From assembly GCF_963921235.1 (NCBI RefSeq), contig NC_086097.1, positions 104,286,001 to 104,350,000 on the forward strand: 64,000 nt of DNA, written 5' to 3'. Position 1 is the first letter of the stretch, and each line of letters starts with the position of its first letter. Made by a program: the position numbers and the translations under genes. This DNA is from Mobula hypostoma (taxonomy: Eukaryota). The notes under the pieces are model-generated. The model was not told where the DNA came from, ran no database searches, and worked only from the letters and a program-made list of their open reading frames with translations. This document shows positions 24,410 through 35,759 of this stretch, one piece after another.

Positions 24410-25985
24410 TATCGAGAACATGAGGTGAAGAGTCCTTGGAAGTGAGTCCATAGGTTGTGGAAACTATTCAGTAAAGGGGCAGGTGAAGTTATCCCCTCTG
24501 ATTTAACAGCCTGATGGTTGAGATATAGTAACTGTTCCTGAACCCGGCGGTGTGAGTCCTGAGGCTTTTGCACCTGCTTCCTGATGGCAGCAGCGAGAAG
24601 AGAGCATGTCCTGGGTGGTGAGGAATCCTGATAATGGATAGTGATTTCCTATGACAGCGTTTCATGTAGATATGCTCAATGATGATGAGGGCTTTCCCTG
24701 TGATGAACTAGGCAACATCCACTACTTTTTGTAGGATTTTCCATTCAAAGGCATTGGTGTTTCCATAGCAGGCTGTGATGTAGCCAGTCAATATACTCTT
24801 CACTACACATCTATAGAAGTTATATGTCATGCCAAATCTTTGCATACTTTTAAGAAATAGAGGTCCTGGCTTTTATGCTGCGGTACGGTTTCCTGGATGG
24901 TAGCAGCTGGAGTAGATTGTGGTTGGGGTTACTCAGGCCCCCAATGATCCTAGGGGGCCCTTTTTTTCACACCTGTCTTTGTAAATATCCTGCATCATGG
25001 GAAGTTCACTACTACAGATGTGCTGGGCTGTCTGCACCACTCTCTGCAGATTAAGGGAGGTACAGTTCCCATACCAGGTAGTGATGCAGCCAGTCAGGAT
25101 GCACTCAGTTGTGCTCCTGTAGAAAGTCCTTAGGATTTGGGGGGCCTATACCAAACTTCCTCAACCGTCTGAGGTGAAAGAGGTGCTGTTGTGCCTTTTT
25201 CACCACACAGCTGGTGTGTACAGACCATGTGAGGTCTTCAGTGATATGGATGCTGAGGAACTTAAGCTGTTTACCCTCTCAACCCCAAATCCATTCTTGT
25301 TAATAGGGGTTAGCCCGTCTCCATTCCTCCTGCAATCCACAACTAGCTCCTTTGTTTTTGCGACATTGAAGGAGAGGTTGTTTTCTTGACACCACTGCGT
25401 CAGAGAGATGACTTCTTCCCTGTAGGCCACCTCATTATTGTTTGAAATTAGACCAATCAATGTAGTGTCATCAGCAAATTTAATTAGCAGATTAGAGCTG
25501 TGGGTGGTGACACAGTCATGGGTGTACAGGGAGTAAAGGAGGGGACTCAGTACACAGCCCTGAGGGGTTCCTGTGTTAATAGACAATAGGTGCAGGAGTA
25601 AGCCATTCAGCCCTTCGAGCCAGCACCACCATTCACTGTTATCATGGCTGATCATCCACAATCAGTACACTTTTCCTGCCTTCTCCCCATATCCCTTTAC
25701 TCCACTATCTTTAAGAGCTCTATCTAACTCTTTCTTGAAAGAATCCACAGAATTGGCCTCCACTGCCTTCCGAGGCAGAGCATTCCACAGAACCACAACC
25801 CTCTGTGTGAAAAAGTTTTTCCTCAACTCCGTTCTAAATTGTATACCCCTTATTCTTAAACTGTGGCCTCTGGTTCTGAGAGTTGAGAGTGTTGAGACTC
25901 AGAGGTGTGGAGGTGAGGGAGCCCACTCTTACCACCTGCTGGCAATCTGACAGGAAGTCCAGGATCCAGCTGCATAAGGCAGGAT
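24410..25985 (-). mobile_element. Rex1/Babar- or L2-like LINE RT fragments with a CR1 3' end inserted at about 25580-25880
   Basis: GTPQGCVLSPLLYSLYTHDC..KFADDTTLIGLI..NVAKTKELVVD; the sequence resumes at about 25880 after the CR1 tail fragment. Confidence 0.8.
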
Positions 25986-26580
25986 TACTGTCTTTGGTGC
26001 TCCTGATGTGGCCTCCTGTATATTAGTCAGACTCGACGCAGATTGGGAGATCACTTCGTTGAGTATCTACGCTCCATCCGCCAGAACAAGCAGGATCTCC
26101 CAGTGGCCGCCCATTTTAATTCCACTTCCTATTCCCATTCCAAATGTCCATCCATGGCCTCTTTCACTGTTGTGATGAGGCCACACTTAGGTTGGAGAAA
26201 CAACACCTTATATTCTGTTTGGATAGCCTCCAACCTGATGGCGCAAACATCAATTTCTCAAACTTCCAGTAATGCCCCCACACCCCCCTTCTCCATTTCC
26301 CATCCCCTTTTCCTTCTCTCACCTTGTCTCTTTGCCCGCCTATTGCCTTCTTCTGGTGCCTCTCCCCCCTTTTTCTTTCGTCCATGGCCTTCTCTCTCTT
26401 TCACCAATCAACTTCCCAGCTCTTCATTCCTCCATCCCCCTCCCCCCACCTTTTAAATCTACTCCTCAGCTTTTTTTCTCCAGTCTTGCCAAAGGGTTTC
26501 AGCCCAAAACATCAACTGCTCTTTTTTCCATATATGCTGCCTGGCCTGCTGAGTTCCTCCAGCATTTTGTATGTGTAGCT
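25985..26580 (+). mobile_element. Penelope-like 3' fragment (GIY-YIG C-terminus plus terminal repeat)
   Basis: GDHFVEYLRSIRQNKQDLPVAAHFNSTS; decayed hammerhead-like segment at about 26481-26520. Confidence 0.8.
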
Positions 26581-26949
26581 TTTAACTCTTCAGTTTGGAA
26601 CTGTAGCGTTGGATTGTTTGGGGATAAGTTTGGGGAAATATGGAAGTTTGATTCCAAGACTGGCTGCATTTATAAGGCATCAGGATGTATGGATACTTGA
26701 AATGAGAAAAGTAGGATGCAATATTTTTTTCCTTGTAGCACAAGCTTTATTTCTGAATTGTTGAAATGTTTGTGTCCACAGGCCTTGACTATTAGATGTA
26801 TATCATAGGGGTCTTGTGGTTTTGTTTCTGCAGTTGAAAATGTTGTATAAAAATAAAACATGATTAAGTACAATTTCATTTTGTCACATTGTATTTGGGA
26901 TAAAGTAACCTCCGGCCTGATGGCATGAATATCAATTTCTCCTTCCAGT

Positions 26950-27295
26950 AAAATGTTTTCCCTCTCCACCCCTCTTCTTCTATTCTCTTATCTCTTCTTA
27001 CCTATCTATCACCTCCTCCTTCCATTTCTTCTGTGATCCACTCTCCTCTCCTATCATGCTCCTCCTCTCCAACACTTCATCTTTCCTATCCACCTGCCTT
27101 CACCATTCACCTTCCAGCTATTCTCCTTCCCATTTCTCTCTTCCCCCCACTGCCCCTCAACTTATTCATTCTGGTGTCTTCCAGCTTCCTTCCCAGTCCT
27201 GAAGAAGGGTCTCTGCCCAAAACTTTGCTATTTATTCATTTCTCTAGATGCTGCCTGATCTGCTGAGTTCCTCCAACGTTTTGTGTGTGTTGCTT
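26950..27295 (+). mobile_element. Penelope-like terminal-repeat fragment
   Basis: CT-rich body followed by CAGTCCTGAAGAAGGGTCTCTGCCCAAAAC..AGATGCTGCCTGATCTGCTGAGTTCCTCCA. Confidence 0.7.
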
Positions 27296-27733
27296 GGGAT
27301 AAACTGATGTTGCATAGTGTAAGACTAACTTTGTAGTAATGTATCATGTGATCGAGTAGGGTTCAGCAATTATGAGAGACACTGAGGCTGTAAAAGAGGG
27401 ATTGGACTAGCTTAGTAATCATGCAACAGTATACACGTATTTTACTAATAATGGATAGGCCCAGTTAGTTGAGTTTAAAAAAAAGCGTGAGAAAATTTTC
27501 CCGATAACAAGGTTCATATGTATCAGTTGCTTTAAAAGAAACATTTTACATTCCACAATAACAGGAGAGTGGGGTTGAGAGGGATAATAAATAATCTGTT
27601 GGAAAGGCAGAGCAGACTCAGTGGGCTGAATGGCCTCATTCTGCTCCTCTGTCTTACGCTCTTGTATTATACAATCTCTCAACAAAATAACTGGAAATGA
27701 CAGCTTCAGTGTACAATTAGTACAGAATGCAAG

Positions 27734-27748
27734 GCTGCCATCTAGTGC
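27734..27748 (-). promoter_or_regulatory. Candidate CTCF-binding motif
   Basis: Reverse complement GCACTAGATGGCAGC is close to the CCASYAGRKGGCRS consensus; it lies in non-repetitive DNA about 130 nt before the exon. Motif match only. Confidence 0.3.
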
Positions 27749-27878
27749 CTGACTAAAATAAAAGATTGAATGTATTCAAGTAATTCAACGGGCGGCTAGA
27801 CTGGGTACATAAGATGACAGGTGATTGGTAAAACATTATAGTTCTTTTGGAAAAACTTGTTTTCCTTTTTTCCCTCAG

Positions 27879-28019
27879 GACCTAATTGTTGATCAAACTA
27901 TAGAGAAGGTATCCTTCTGTGCTCCTGATCGAAACTTTGACAAGGCATTCTCATACATTTGTCGAGATGGTACAACCAGGCGTTGGATCTGTCATTGCTT
28001 CTTGGCGATACGAGATTCG
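27879..28019 (+). CDS. NUMB: NUMB-family coding exon, PTB domain (141 nt, phase 0/0)
   Basis: Polypyrimidine tract and CAG acceptor at 27876-27878; encodes [53 protein letters not shown] donor at 28020. NUMBL is not fully excluded. Confidence 0.93.
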
Positions 28020-31000
28020 GTAATTAAACTCTTTTCTCTTCTTTTATAACAAGGCGGCATCTATTGTTATGGTGGGAGTAAGGTGGGAAGTGCTCTGAGA
28101 TTGTTAGAGGAAGCATAAAGTTCTTTAGATTAGATTAGATTCAACTTTATTGTCATTGTGCCAAGTACAGATAAAAAGCCAATGAAATGCAGTTAGCATC
28201 TGACCAGAAGTGCAAAGAATAGTGAGAGTTTGAAAGTAAGATTTAGCTGTATTTCAGATTCTATTGTTATTGCAGGGGATATAAGCAAGGGTGGGGGCAC
28301 TTCACTTGAGGTAATGAAGGAAGATTAGGATTGCAGTTGATTTTTCTTGAATTATATTTGTGGTAGAATACTGATTTGCCTTGCTCCATGTAAGTTATCT
28401 GTTCTCCACCAACATCGTGGAAGTTGAATGGTTCTGTTGAACTTGTGTCTTTTTGAATTGAAAAATCATCCCATTCCATTTACATTTAAGTAATTGTTAT
28501 TTCTCTTGGTCTTTTCCTCATCAAGCTTCTGACTCATTCCACAGTACAAGGTCATTTGATCACAGGTTTTATTCCTAGTCTGTGCTGGGTCACAGCAACA
28601 ATGACAATTAGCCAAATCTCTCAGCCCTGCTTAGAGTAGAAAGTGTGCCTGTGTAACAGGACTGCCATCCTAACAAAATGGAAAAACTTTCAAACACTTG
28701 CAGCTACTCATTTGCTGTGTCCATTTGCAGTCGCCCGACCTTGTGCAGTGTTGTGTCGCATTTAACTCCAAAACAATGTGTTACTTGGAAAAGCAGATTC
28801 TTGGTATTGACCTGTAGCTGTGTAGTTTTTTTAATTTAAAAAACCAAATTTCAGAAATTAACTATTAAAATACGAAGTGAAATGCTTTGTATTTGTTCAA
28901 GACCTCTGGTTGTTTCCCTTGAACAACAATGTATCGATCTGAGCTGCAATCTTCAATTAAGAAACAATAAACTGTGCGGTCCAGGAGACCTTAGTTTGAA
29001 AAATGATGCATCATTTTTTTTTGTTACTCTGATGCAATTTTGCAATATTTGCTACCTCACACCACCTATATTCTCATTCGTTATATATAAACAGTACCGG
29101 TACCAATTCCTACAATACCATAAGGCCAAGAAGAGTTAGGATATTCACCCCATCAAATTTGCTATGCCATTTAATCATGGCTGATTTATTATCTCTCTCA
29201 ATGCTACCTCCATCCTACTCCCTATAACTTTTGACACTCTTACTAATCAGAACCTATCAACCTCCATTTTAAGTATACTCAATGACTTGCTCTCCACAGC
29301 CGTCTGTGGTAATGAATTCCACAGATTCACGACCCTCTGGTTAAAGAAATTCCTCCTCATGTCTGATCTAAAACGACATCCTTCTATTCTGAATCTGTGC
29401 CCTGTGGTCCTTGACTCTCCCACATCCTCACCATGTCTATTCTGTTTTGGCCTTCAAAATTTAATAGATTGCAATGAGATTTCACTCCCCCACCCCACCC
29501 CGATTCTTCTAAACTCCAGCAAGTGCAGGCCCAGAGCCGTCAAACTCCATGCAATACCTGCCTCTCCACCTATCTTTGTATGGTCTGAAAACTTGGCCAC
29601 AAAGCTTTCAATTTTGTCATCCAAATCATTAACATATAATGTGAAAAGGAGCAATCCCAACATTGACCCCTGCAGAACACCACTAGTCACCGTTAGCCAA
29701 CCAGAAAGAGTGGGTCTCCTTTATACCCACTCTTTTCCTCCTGTCAGTCAACCACTCTTCTATCCTTGCTGTTACCTTTCTTGTAGTACCATGGGCTCTT
29801 ATCTTAGCAGACTCATGTGCGGCATCTTGTCAAAAGGCTTCTGAAAATCCAAGCAAACAAAATCCACTGACTCTCCTTTGTCTATCCTGCCTGTTATTTC
29901 CTCAAAAAGTTCCATCAGGTTTGTCAGGCAAGATTTCTACTAAAGGAAACCATGCTGACTTTGGCCTATTTTATCATGTACCCTGAAGGATCATCCTTAA
30001 TAATGGACACCAAAATCTTCCCAGCCACTGAAGCAAGGCTAATTAGCCTGCAATTTCCTGTCTTTTGCCATTCTCCCTTCATAAAGAGTGGGCATTTGCA
30101 ATTTTTCAGTCCTCAAGAACCATTCCAGAATATCTAGTGATTCTTGAAAGATCACTACTAATGCTGCCTCCACGATCTCTTCAGTCACCTCCTTCAGAAC
30201 GCTGGCCAAGGGTGGGGTGGGGTGGGGAGGGTTGTGTAGTCCATTTGGTGCAGGTGACTTACCTCCCTTCGACCTTTCAGCTTCCTAAGCACCTTCTCCT
30301 TAGTGATAGCAACTGTATTCACACCTGCCCCCTGATGTTCTCAAATTTCTGGCATTCTGCTAGTGTCTTCCTCAGTAAAGACTGACGCAAAATAATTATT
30401 GAGCTCATCTGCCATTTCTTTGACCCCCATTACAACCTCTCCAGCATCAGTTTCCCACAATCCGAAATCCACTATTGCTTCTTTTACTCTTCATATATCT
30501 GAAAAACCTTCCGGTATCCTTTATATATGATTGGTTAGCTCATCTTCATATTTCATCCTTATCCTAATGCTTTTTTAGTTGCCTCCTTTTGGTTTTTAAA
30601 TACCTCCTAATCCCTAGCTTCCCACTAATTTTGGCAATATTGTATGCTCTCTATTTTGCTTTTATGCTGCACTTGACTTCCCTTGTCATCCATGGGTGTT
30701 TCATCCTCCAGTTAGTATACTTCTTCTTTCGGATATGTCTACCCTGCACCTTCCGAACTGCTCCCTGAAACTCCAGCCATTGCTGTTCTGTCATCTCTGC
30801 CAATGTCTCCTTTCAGTCAACTTTGGCCAGTTCCTTTCCCATGCCTCTGTAATTCCCTTTATTTCACTGTAATACGGATACATCCAGTATTAACTTTACT
30901 TCCGCAAACTGCAGGGTGAATTGTATCATATTATGATCACTGGTTCTCAACAATTCCTTTACCTTAAGCTCTGTAATCAAATATGGTTCATTATAAAATA

Positions 31001-31241
31001 CTCAATTCAGAATTGTCTTTTCCCTAGTGGGCTCAAGAACAAGCTACTTGAAAAACCACTTTGTAGCAATCTACAAATTCCTCCTCTTGCAATCCAGCAT
31101 CAACATAATTTTTCCAATCTAGCTGCATATTGAAATCCTCCACGACCATCATAACATTGCTGTGTTTGTGTACTTTTTCTACCTCGCACTGTAATTTGTT
31201 GCCCACATCCTGGCTGTATTTGGAAGCCTATATATAACTCC

Positions 31242-31722
31242 GTGGTCGAGTGGTCGGCGACTCGGGCCGGCTCCCCCACAGGACTTAGTCTGGTGAGGAG
31301 GGTGTGAGGACACCCAGCAGGACTAAAAAAAAAACAAGACCTGACAAAGGGCGGATGAGTTCCTTGTGAGCCAATGGCCATCTTTCGTGGAAGAGATTAA
31401 AGCCTCACCACGTATCTACGAATTGTATGCTATGCACCTAGTTAGAAGAGACATGATGAACTTGGGCGCTGCACCGTGTGCCTGGACCTGCCCGAGGCCT
31501 CCGCCTAAAGAAGGGCCGAGCTCGAAGAAGCGGCCGTGGCTGGAGGCTGACACAGTCTGGGACTCGAGTTCAAGTTCGTCGGGGGCAGCAGCGGGCGGTG
31601 CCAAGGCGGCCAGCGAGAACAAACTGGAGGAGAGGCTGTACTTGGTGCAGTCGCAAGATCGAAGAAGATGGAGGTGCATAGCTGCCAACCCCAGATTCGG
31701 GAGGGCACCCACTGACTGACTG
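31242..31722 (+). mobile_element. Non-autonomous RTE-derived retroelement carrying a captured gene fragment
   Basis: 10-bp TSD ATATAACTCC (31232-31241 and 31723-31732); (ACTG)3 tail; RTE-like C-terminus QDRRRWRCIAANPRFGRAP; GC-rich head; internal CYHR1-like segment. Confidence 0.85.
31468..31651 (+). pseudogene. ZFTRAF1: Circularly permuted fragment of CYHR1/ZFTRAF1 coding sequence
   Basis: 31470-31502 encodes [11 protein letters not shown]; 31504-31650 encodes [25 protein letters not shown]. Joining 31651 to 31468 gives [22 protein letters not shown], against recalled CYHR1 [22 protein letters not shown]. Confidence 0.8.
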
Positions 31723-31919
31723 ATATAACTCCCATCAGGGTCTTTTCACCCTTGCAGTTTCTTAACATACCATTGACTCTGGATTCATTCTCACTGCAGT
31801 AGCTGTATACTAATAGACAAAAAAAGATAAAATCGTACCAGAAACTTACCTAGAGCCTTTGCCTCTTCTCACCTGAGCTTCTTGGGTCGAAATCTCCAAC
31901 ACTGCCCACTCCATTTACA

Positions 31920-34900
31920 TGCAAACATGAGTAAATCTGCAGATGCTGGAATTTAAAGCAACACACATAAAAAATGCTGATGAACGCAGCAGGCCAGGCA
32001 GCATCTATAGGAAGAGGTACAGTCGACGTTTTGGGCCGAGACCTCTCGTCAGGACTAACTGAAAGAAGAGATAGTAAGAGATTTGAGAGGGGGAGGGGAG
32101 ATCTGAAATGATAGGAGAAGACAGGAGGGGGAGGGATGGAGCCAAGAGCTGGAAAGTTGATGGGCAAAAGGGATACGAGGCTGGAGAAGGGAGAGGATCA
32201 TGGGACAGGAGGCCTAGGGAGAAAGAAAGGGGGAGGGGGGAAGCCCAGAGGATGGGCAAGGGGTATAGTGAGAGGGACAGAGGGAGAAAAAGGAGAGAGA
32301 GAGAGGGAGGGAGAGGGAGAGGGATATATATATATAAAAATAAATAACGGTTGGGGTACGAAGGGGAGGTGGTGCATTAACAGAAGTTAGAGAAGTCAGT
32401 GTTCATGCCATCAGGTTGGAGGCTACCCAGACAGAATATAAAGTGGTGTTCCTCCAACCTGAGTGTGACTTCATCTTGAGAGTAGAGGAGGCCGTGGATA
32501 GACATATCGGAATGGGAATGGGACATGGAATTAAAATGTGTGGCCACTGGGAGATCCTGCTTATTCTGGCGGACAGAGCGTAGGGGTTCAGCGAAATGGT
32601 CTCCCAGCCTGCATCAGGTCTCACCAATATATAGAAGGCCACATCGGGAGCACCGGACGCAGTATATCACCCCAGCTGACTCACAGGTGAAGTGTCGGCT
32701 CAACTGGAAGGACTGTCTGGGGCCCTGAATGGTGGTGAGGGAGGAAGTGTAAGGGCTTGTGTAGCACTTGTTCTGCTTACAAGGATAAGTGCTGGGACGG
32801 AGATCGGTAGGAAGGTATGGGGAGGACGAACGGACAAGGGAGTCACATAGGGAGCAATCTCTGCAAAAAGCAGAAGGGGGGAGGGAAAGATGTGCTTAGT
32901 GGTGGGATCCTGTTGGAGGTGGCAGAGGTTACGGAGAATTATATGTTGGACCCAGAGGCTGGTGGGGTGGTAGGTGAGGACATGGGGAACCCTATTCCTA
33001 ATGGGGTGGCGGGAGTATAGGGTGAGAACAGATGTGCGTGAAAAGGGAGAAATGTATTTGAGAGCAGAGTTGATGGTGGAGGAAGGGAAGCCCCTTTCTT
33101 TAAAAAAAAAGGGGGACATCTCCTTCGTCCTGGAATGAAAAGCCTCATCCTGAGAGCAGATGCGGCAGAGACAGAGGAATTGCGAGAAGGGGATGGCATT
33201 TTTGCAAGTGACGGGGTGGGAAGAGGAATAGTCCAGGTAGCTGTGAGAGTCCGTAGTCTTATAGTAGACATCAGTTGATAAGCTGTCTCCAGAGATAGAG
33301 ACAGAAAGATCTAGAAAGGGGAGGGAGGTGTTGGAAATGGACCAGATAAACTTGAGGGCAGGGTGAAAGTTGGAGACAAAGTTAATGAAGTCAACGAGCT
33401 CAGCGTGCGTGCAGGAAGCAGCACCAATGCAGTCGTTGATGTAGCGAAGGAGAACTGGGGGGACAGATGTCGATATAGGCTTGGAACATGGATTGTTCCA
33501 CAAAGCCAACAAAAAGGCAGGCATAGCTGGGACCCATACGGGTGCCCATGGCTACACCTTTAGTTTGGAGGAAGTGGGAGGAGCCAAAGGAGAAATTATT
33601 AAGAGTAAGGACTAATTCCGCTAGATAGAGGAGAGCGGTGGTAGAGGGGAACTGATTAGGTCTGGAATCCAAAAAGAAGCGGAGAGCTTTGAAACCTTCC
33701 TGATGGGGGGGCGGGGGGGGGTGGAAGTATATAGGGACTGGACATCCATGGTGAAAATAAAGCGGTGGGGGCCAGGGAACATAAAATCATGGAAAAAATT
33801 TAGAGCATGAGAAGTGTCACGATCGTAGTTAGCAAGGGATTGAACAAGGGGGGGATAAAACAGTGTCGAGGTATGCAGAAATGAGTTCGGTGGGGCAGAA
33901 GCAAGCTGAGACAATGGGTCTACCTGGACAGGCAGTTTTGTGGATCTTGGGTAGGAGGTAGAAATGTGAAGTGTGGGGTGTGGGAACTGTAAGGCTGGTA
34001 GCAGTGGATGGGAGATCCCCTGAGCTGATAAAGTTAGTGATGGTGTGGGAGACAATGGCCTGGTGCTCCTTAGTGGGGTCATGATCAAGGGGTAAATAAG
34101 AGGAGGTATCCGCGAGTTGTCGCTGTGGTTTGGCAAGGTAGAGGCCAGTACGCCAGACTACAACAGCACCTCCCGCCCCCCCCGCCCTTAACGGCGGGTT
34201 TTATAGTAAAGTCAGGATTAGTGCAGAGGGAGTGGAGAGCAGAGCGTTCGGAAGGAGTGAGGTTGGAATGGGAAAAAAGGGTGCGGTGAAGTTGAGATGG
34301 TTGATGTCCCATCGGCAGTTAGCAATAAAGAGATCCAGAGCAGGCAGAAGACCAGAACAGGGTGTCCATGAAGAGGAGGAGGGTAGAAGAGAGGAGAAGG
34401 GGTCACTGGTGGGGGTGAGAGAGTCCTTGCTGAAGAAGTAGGCTCGAAGACGGAGCCGGCGGAAGAACATAGAATAGTACAGCACAGTACAGGCCCTTCG
34501 GCCCACAATGATGTGCTGACCCTCAAACCCTGCCTCCCATATAACCCCCCACCTTAAATTCCTCCATAATATACCTGTCTAGTAGTCTCTTAAACTCCAC
34601 TTTCTGCCTCCACCACTGACTCAGGCAGTGCATTCCATGCACCAACCACTCTCTGAGTAAAAATCTTCCTCTAATATCCCCCTTGAACTTCCCACCCCTT
34701 ACCTTAAAGCCATGTCCTCTTGTATTGAGCAGTGGTGCCCTGGGGAAGAGGCGCTGGCTATCCACTCTATCTATTCCTCTTATTATCTTGTACACCTCTA
34801 TCATGTCTCCTCTCATCCTGCTCCTCTCCAAAGAGTAAAGCCCTAGCTCCCTTAATCTCTGATCATAGAGTTCAGCATCATGGCGAATGTGGAACTCGCT

Positions 34901-34940
34901 GAGGTGTGGGCGAAGGGGGACAAAGGTGAGGCCTCTCACT
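31920..34940 (-). mobile_element. Penelope-like element (RT plus GIY-YIG), 5'-truncated and decayed
   Basis: GLTFVPLRP, FTMDVQSLYTS, QTKGVAMGTRMGPSYA, LRYINDC, LPFLDL, YYKTTDSHSYLDYSSSHP; terminal repeat with a hammerhead-like motif at 32021-32056 (GAAA mutated to AAAA). Confidence 0.92.
34464..34867 (-). mobile_element. 5'-truncated CR1 3' end nested in the Penelope-like element
   Basis: YDQRLRELGLYSLE..RAPLLNTRGHGFKVRGGKFKGDIRG, almost identical to 16111-16520. Confidence 0.9.
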
Positions 34941-34944
34941 TTCT

Positions 34945-35759
34945 TTCTCTTGCCTGGGTTGATGATTCCACCATAGAGAAACGGTCCCCTTTGTTGAAGT
35001 CACAGTCGGGGACTTTTAAAGGATTTCGAAGGACAACGGGAAGATCGACGGCGTCAGCTCACCTGAAGACTCAAATCTGTGTGTGTGTGTCTCTCCCCTC
35101 TCTCCTCCCCTCCCTCTCCCCCCTCTCCCCTCCCTCTCCCCCCTCTCCCCTCCCTCTCCCCCCTCTCCCCTCCCTCTCCCCCCTCTCCCCTCCCTCTCTC
35201 CCCCCCGCTCCCCCCCTCCCCTCCCTCTCTCCCCCCGCTCCCCCCCTCTTCCCCCTCCCCTCTCCCCCTCCCCTCTCCCCCCCTCTCTCCCCCCTCTCCC
35301 CCTCTCTCCCCCTCCCCCTCTCTCCCCCTCTCTCCCCCTCTCTCCCCCTCTCTCCCCCTCTCTCCCCCCACTCCCCCTCTCCCCCTCTCCCCCTCTCTCC
35401 CCCTCCCCCCCTCTCTCCCCCTCCCCCCCTCTCTCCCCCTCCCCCCCTCTCTCCCCCTCCCCCCCTCTCTCCCCCTCCCCCTCTCTCTCCCCCTCCCCCT
35501 CTCTCCTCAATATCACGAACTGAACTGAACTTTACTCATCATCGTAAGACTATCTGTTTACTCCTAGACTTGAAGAAGCTTGGTTTTCATATGTATTCCA
35601 CACTTACTTATATATAATCATTGCTAGCCTGTTTGATTTATTTGCATTTTAAATTACTGTATTGCATAGTTACTAATAAATAATAGCTAATAGCAATACC
35701 GGACTCCAAAGTGTTTTCCATTTCTGCTGGTTCGTTAACCTGTCACGGGGTACTTGACA
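34945..35759 (+). mobile_element. Probable partial LTR containing a large pyrimidine tract
   Basis: AATAAA at about 35675 and a ..CACGGGGTACTTGACA terminus; no 5' TG terminus seen. Confidence 0.4.
35090..35508. repeat. C/T low-complexity tract of about 420 bp
   Basis: Almost purely C and T (CCCCCTCTCCCCTC.. units; regular ~18-bp period near the right end), preceded by (TG)n. Confidence 0.95.

Larger units (their letters stand above)
29110..31780 (-). mobile_element. Degraded CR1 LINE hosting the 31242-31722 insertion
   Basis: SGVLQGSMLGLLLFTLYVNDL..KFSDHTK; the endonuclease motif KTLMGVIYR is split at the insertion site. Confidence 0.8.

Noticed and set aside
27835..27860. TTCTTTTGGAAAA resembling the NUMB PTB-insert microexon end (FFGK)
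   Set aside because: The frame and sequence do not give ERKFFKGFFGK, there is no donor site, and the position is wrong; it is part of the acceptor region.
31366..31719. Functional CYHR1 gene or conventional processed pseudogene
   Set aside because: Only about 184 nt are gene-derived, the order is permuted, there is no poly(A), and it is embedded in an RTE-like unit with its own tail.
34880..35617. Pro/Ser/Leu-rich and Gly/Glu/Arg-rich ORFs of up to 245 aa
   Set aside because: Artefacts of the C/T tract, which lacks stop codons in most frames.
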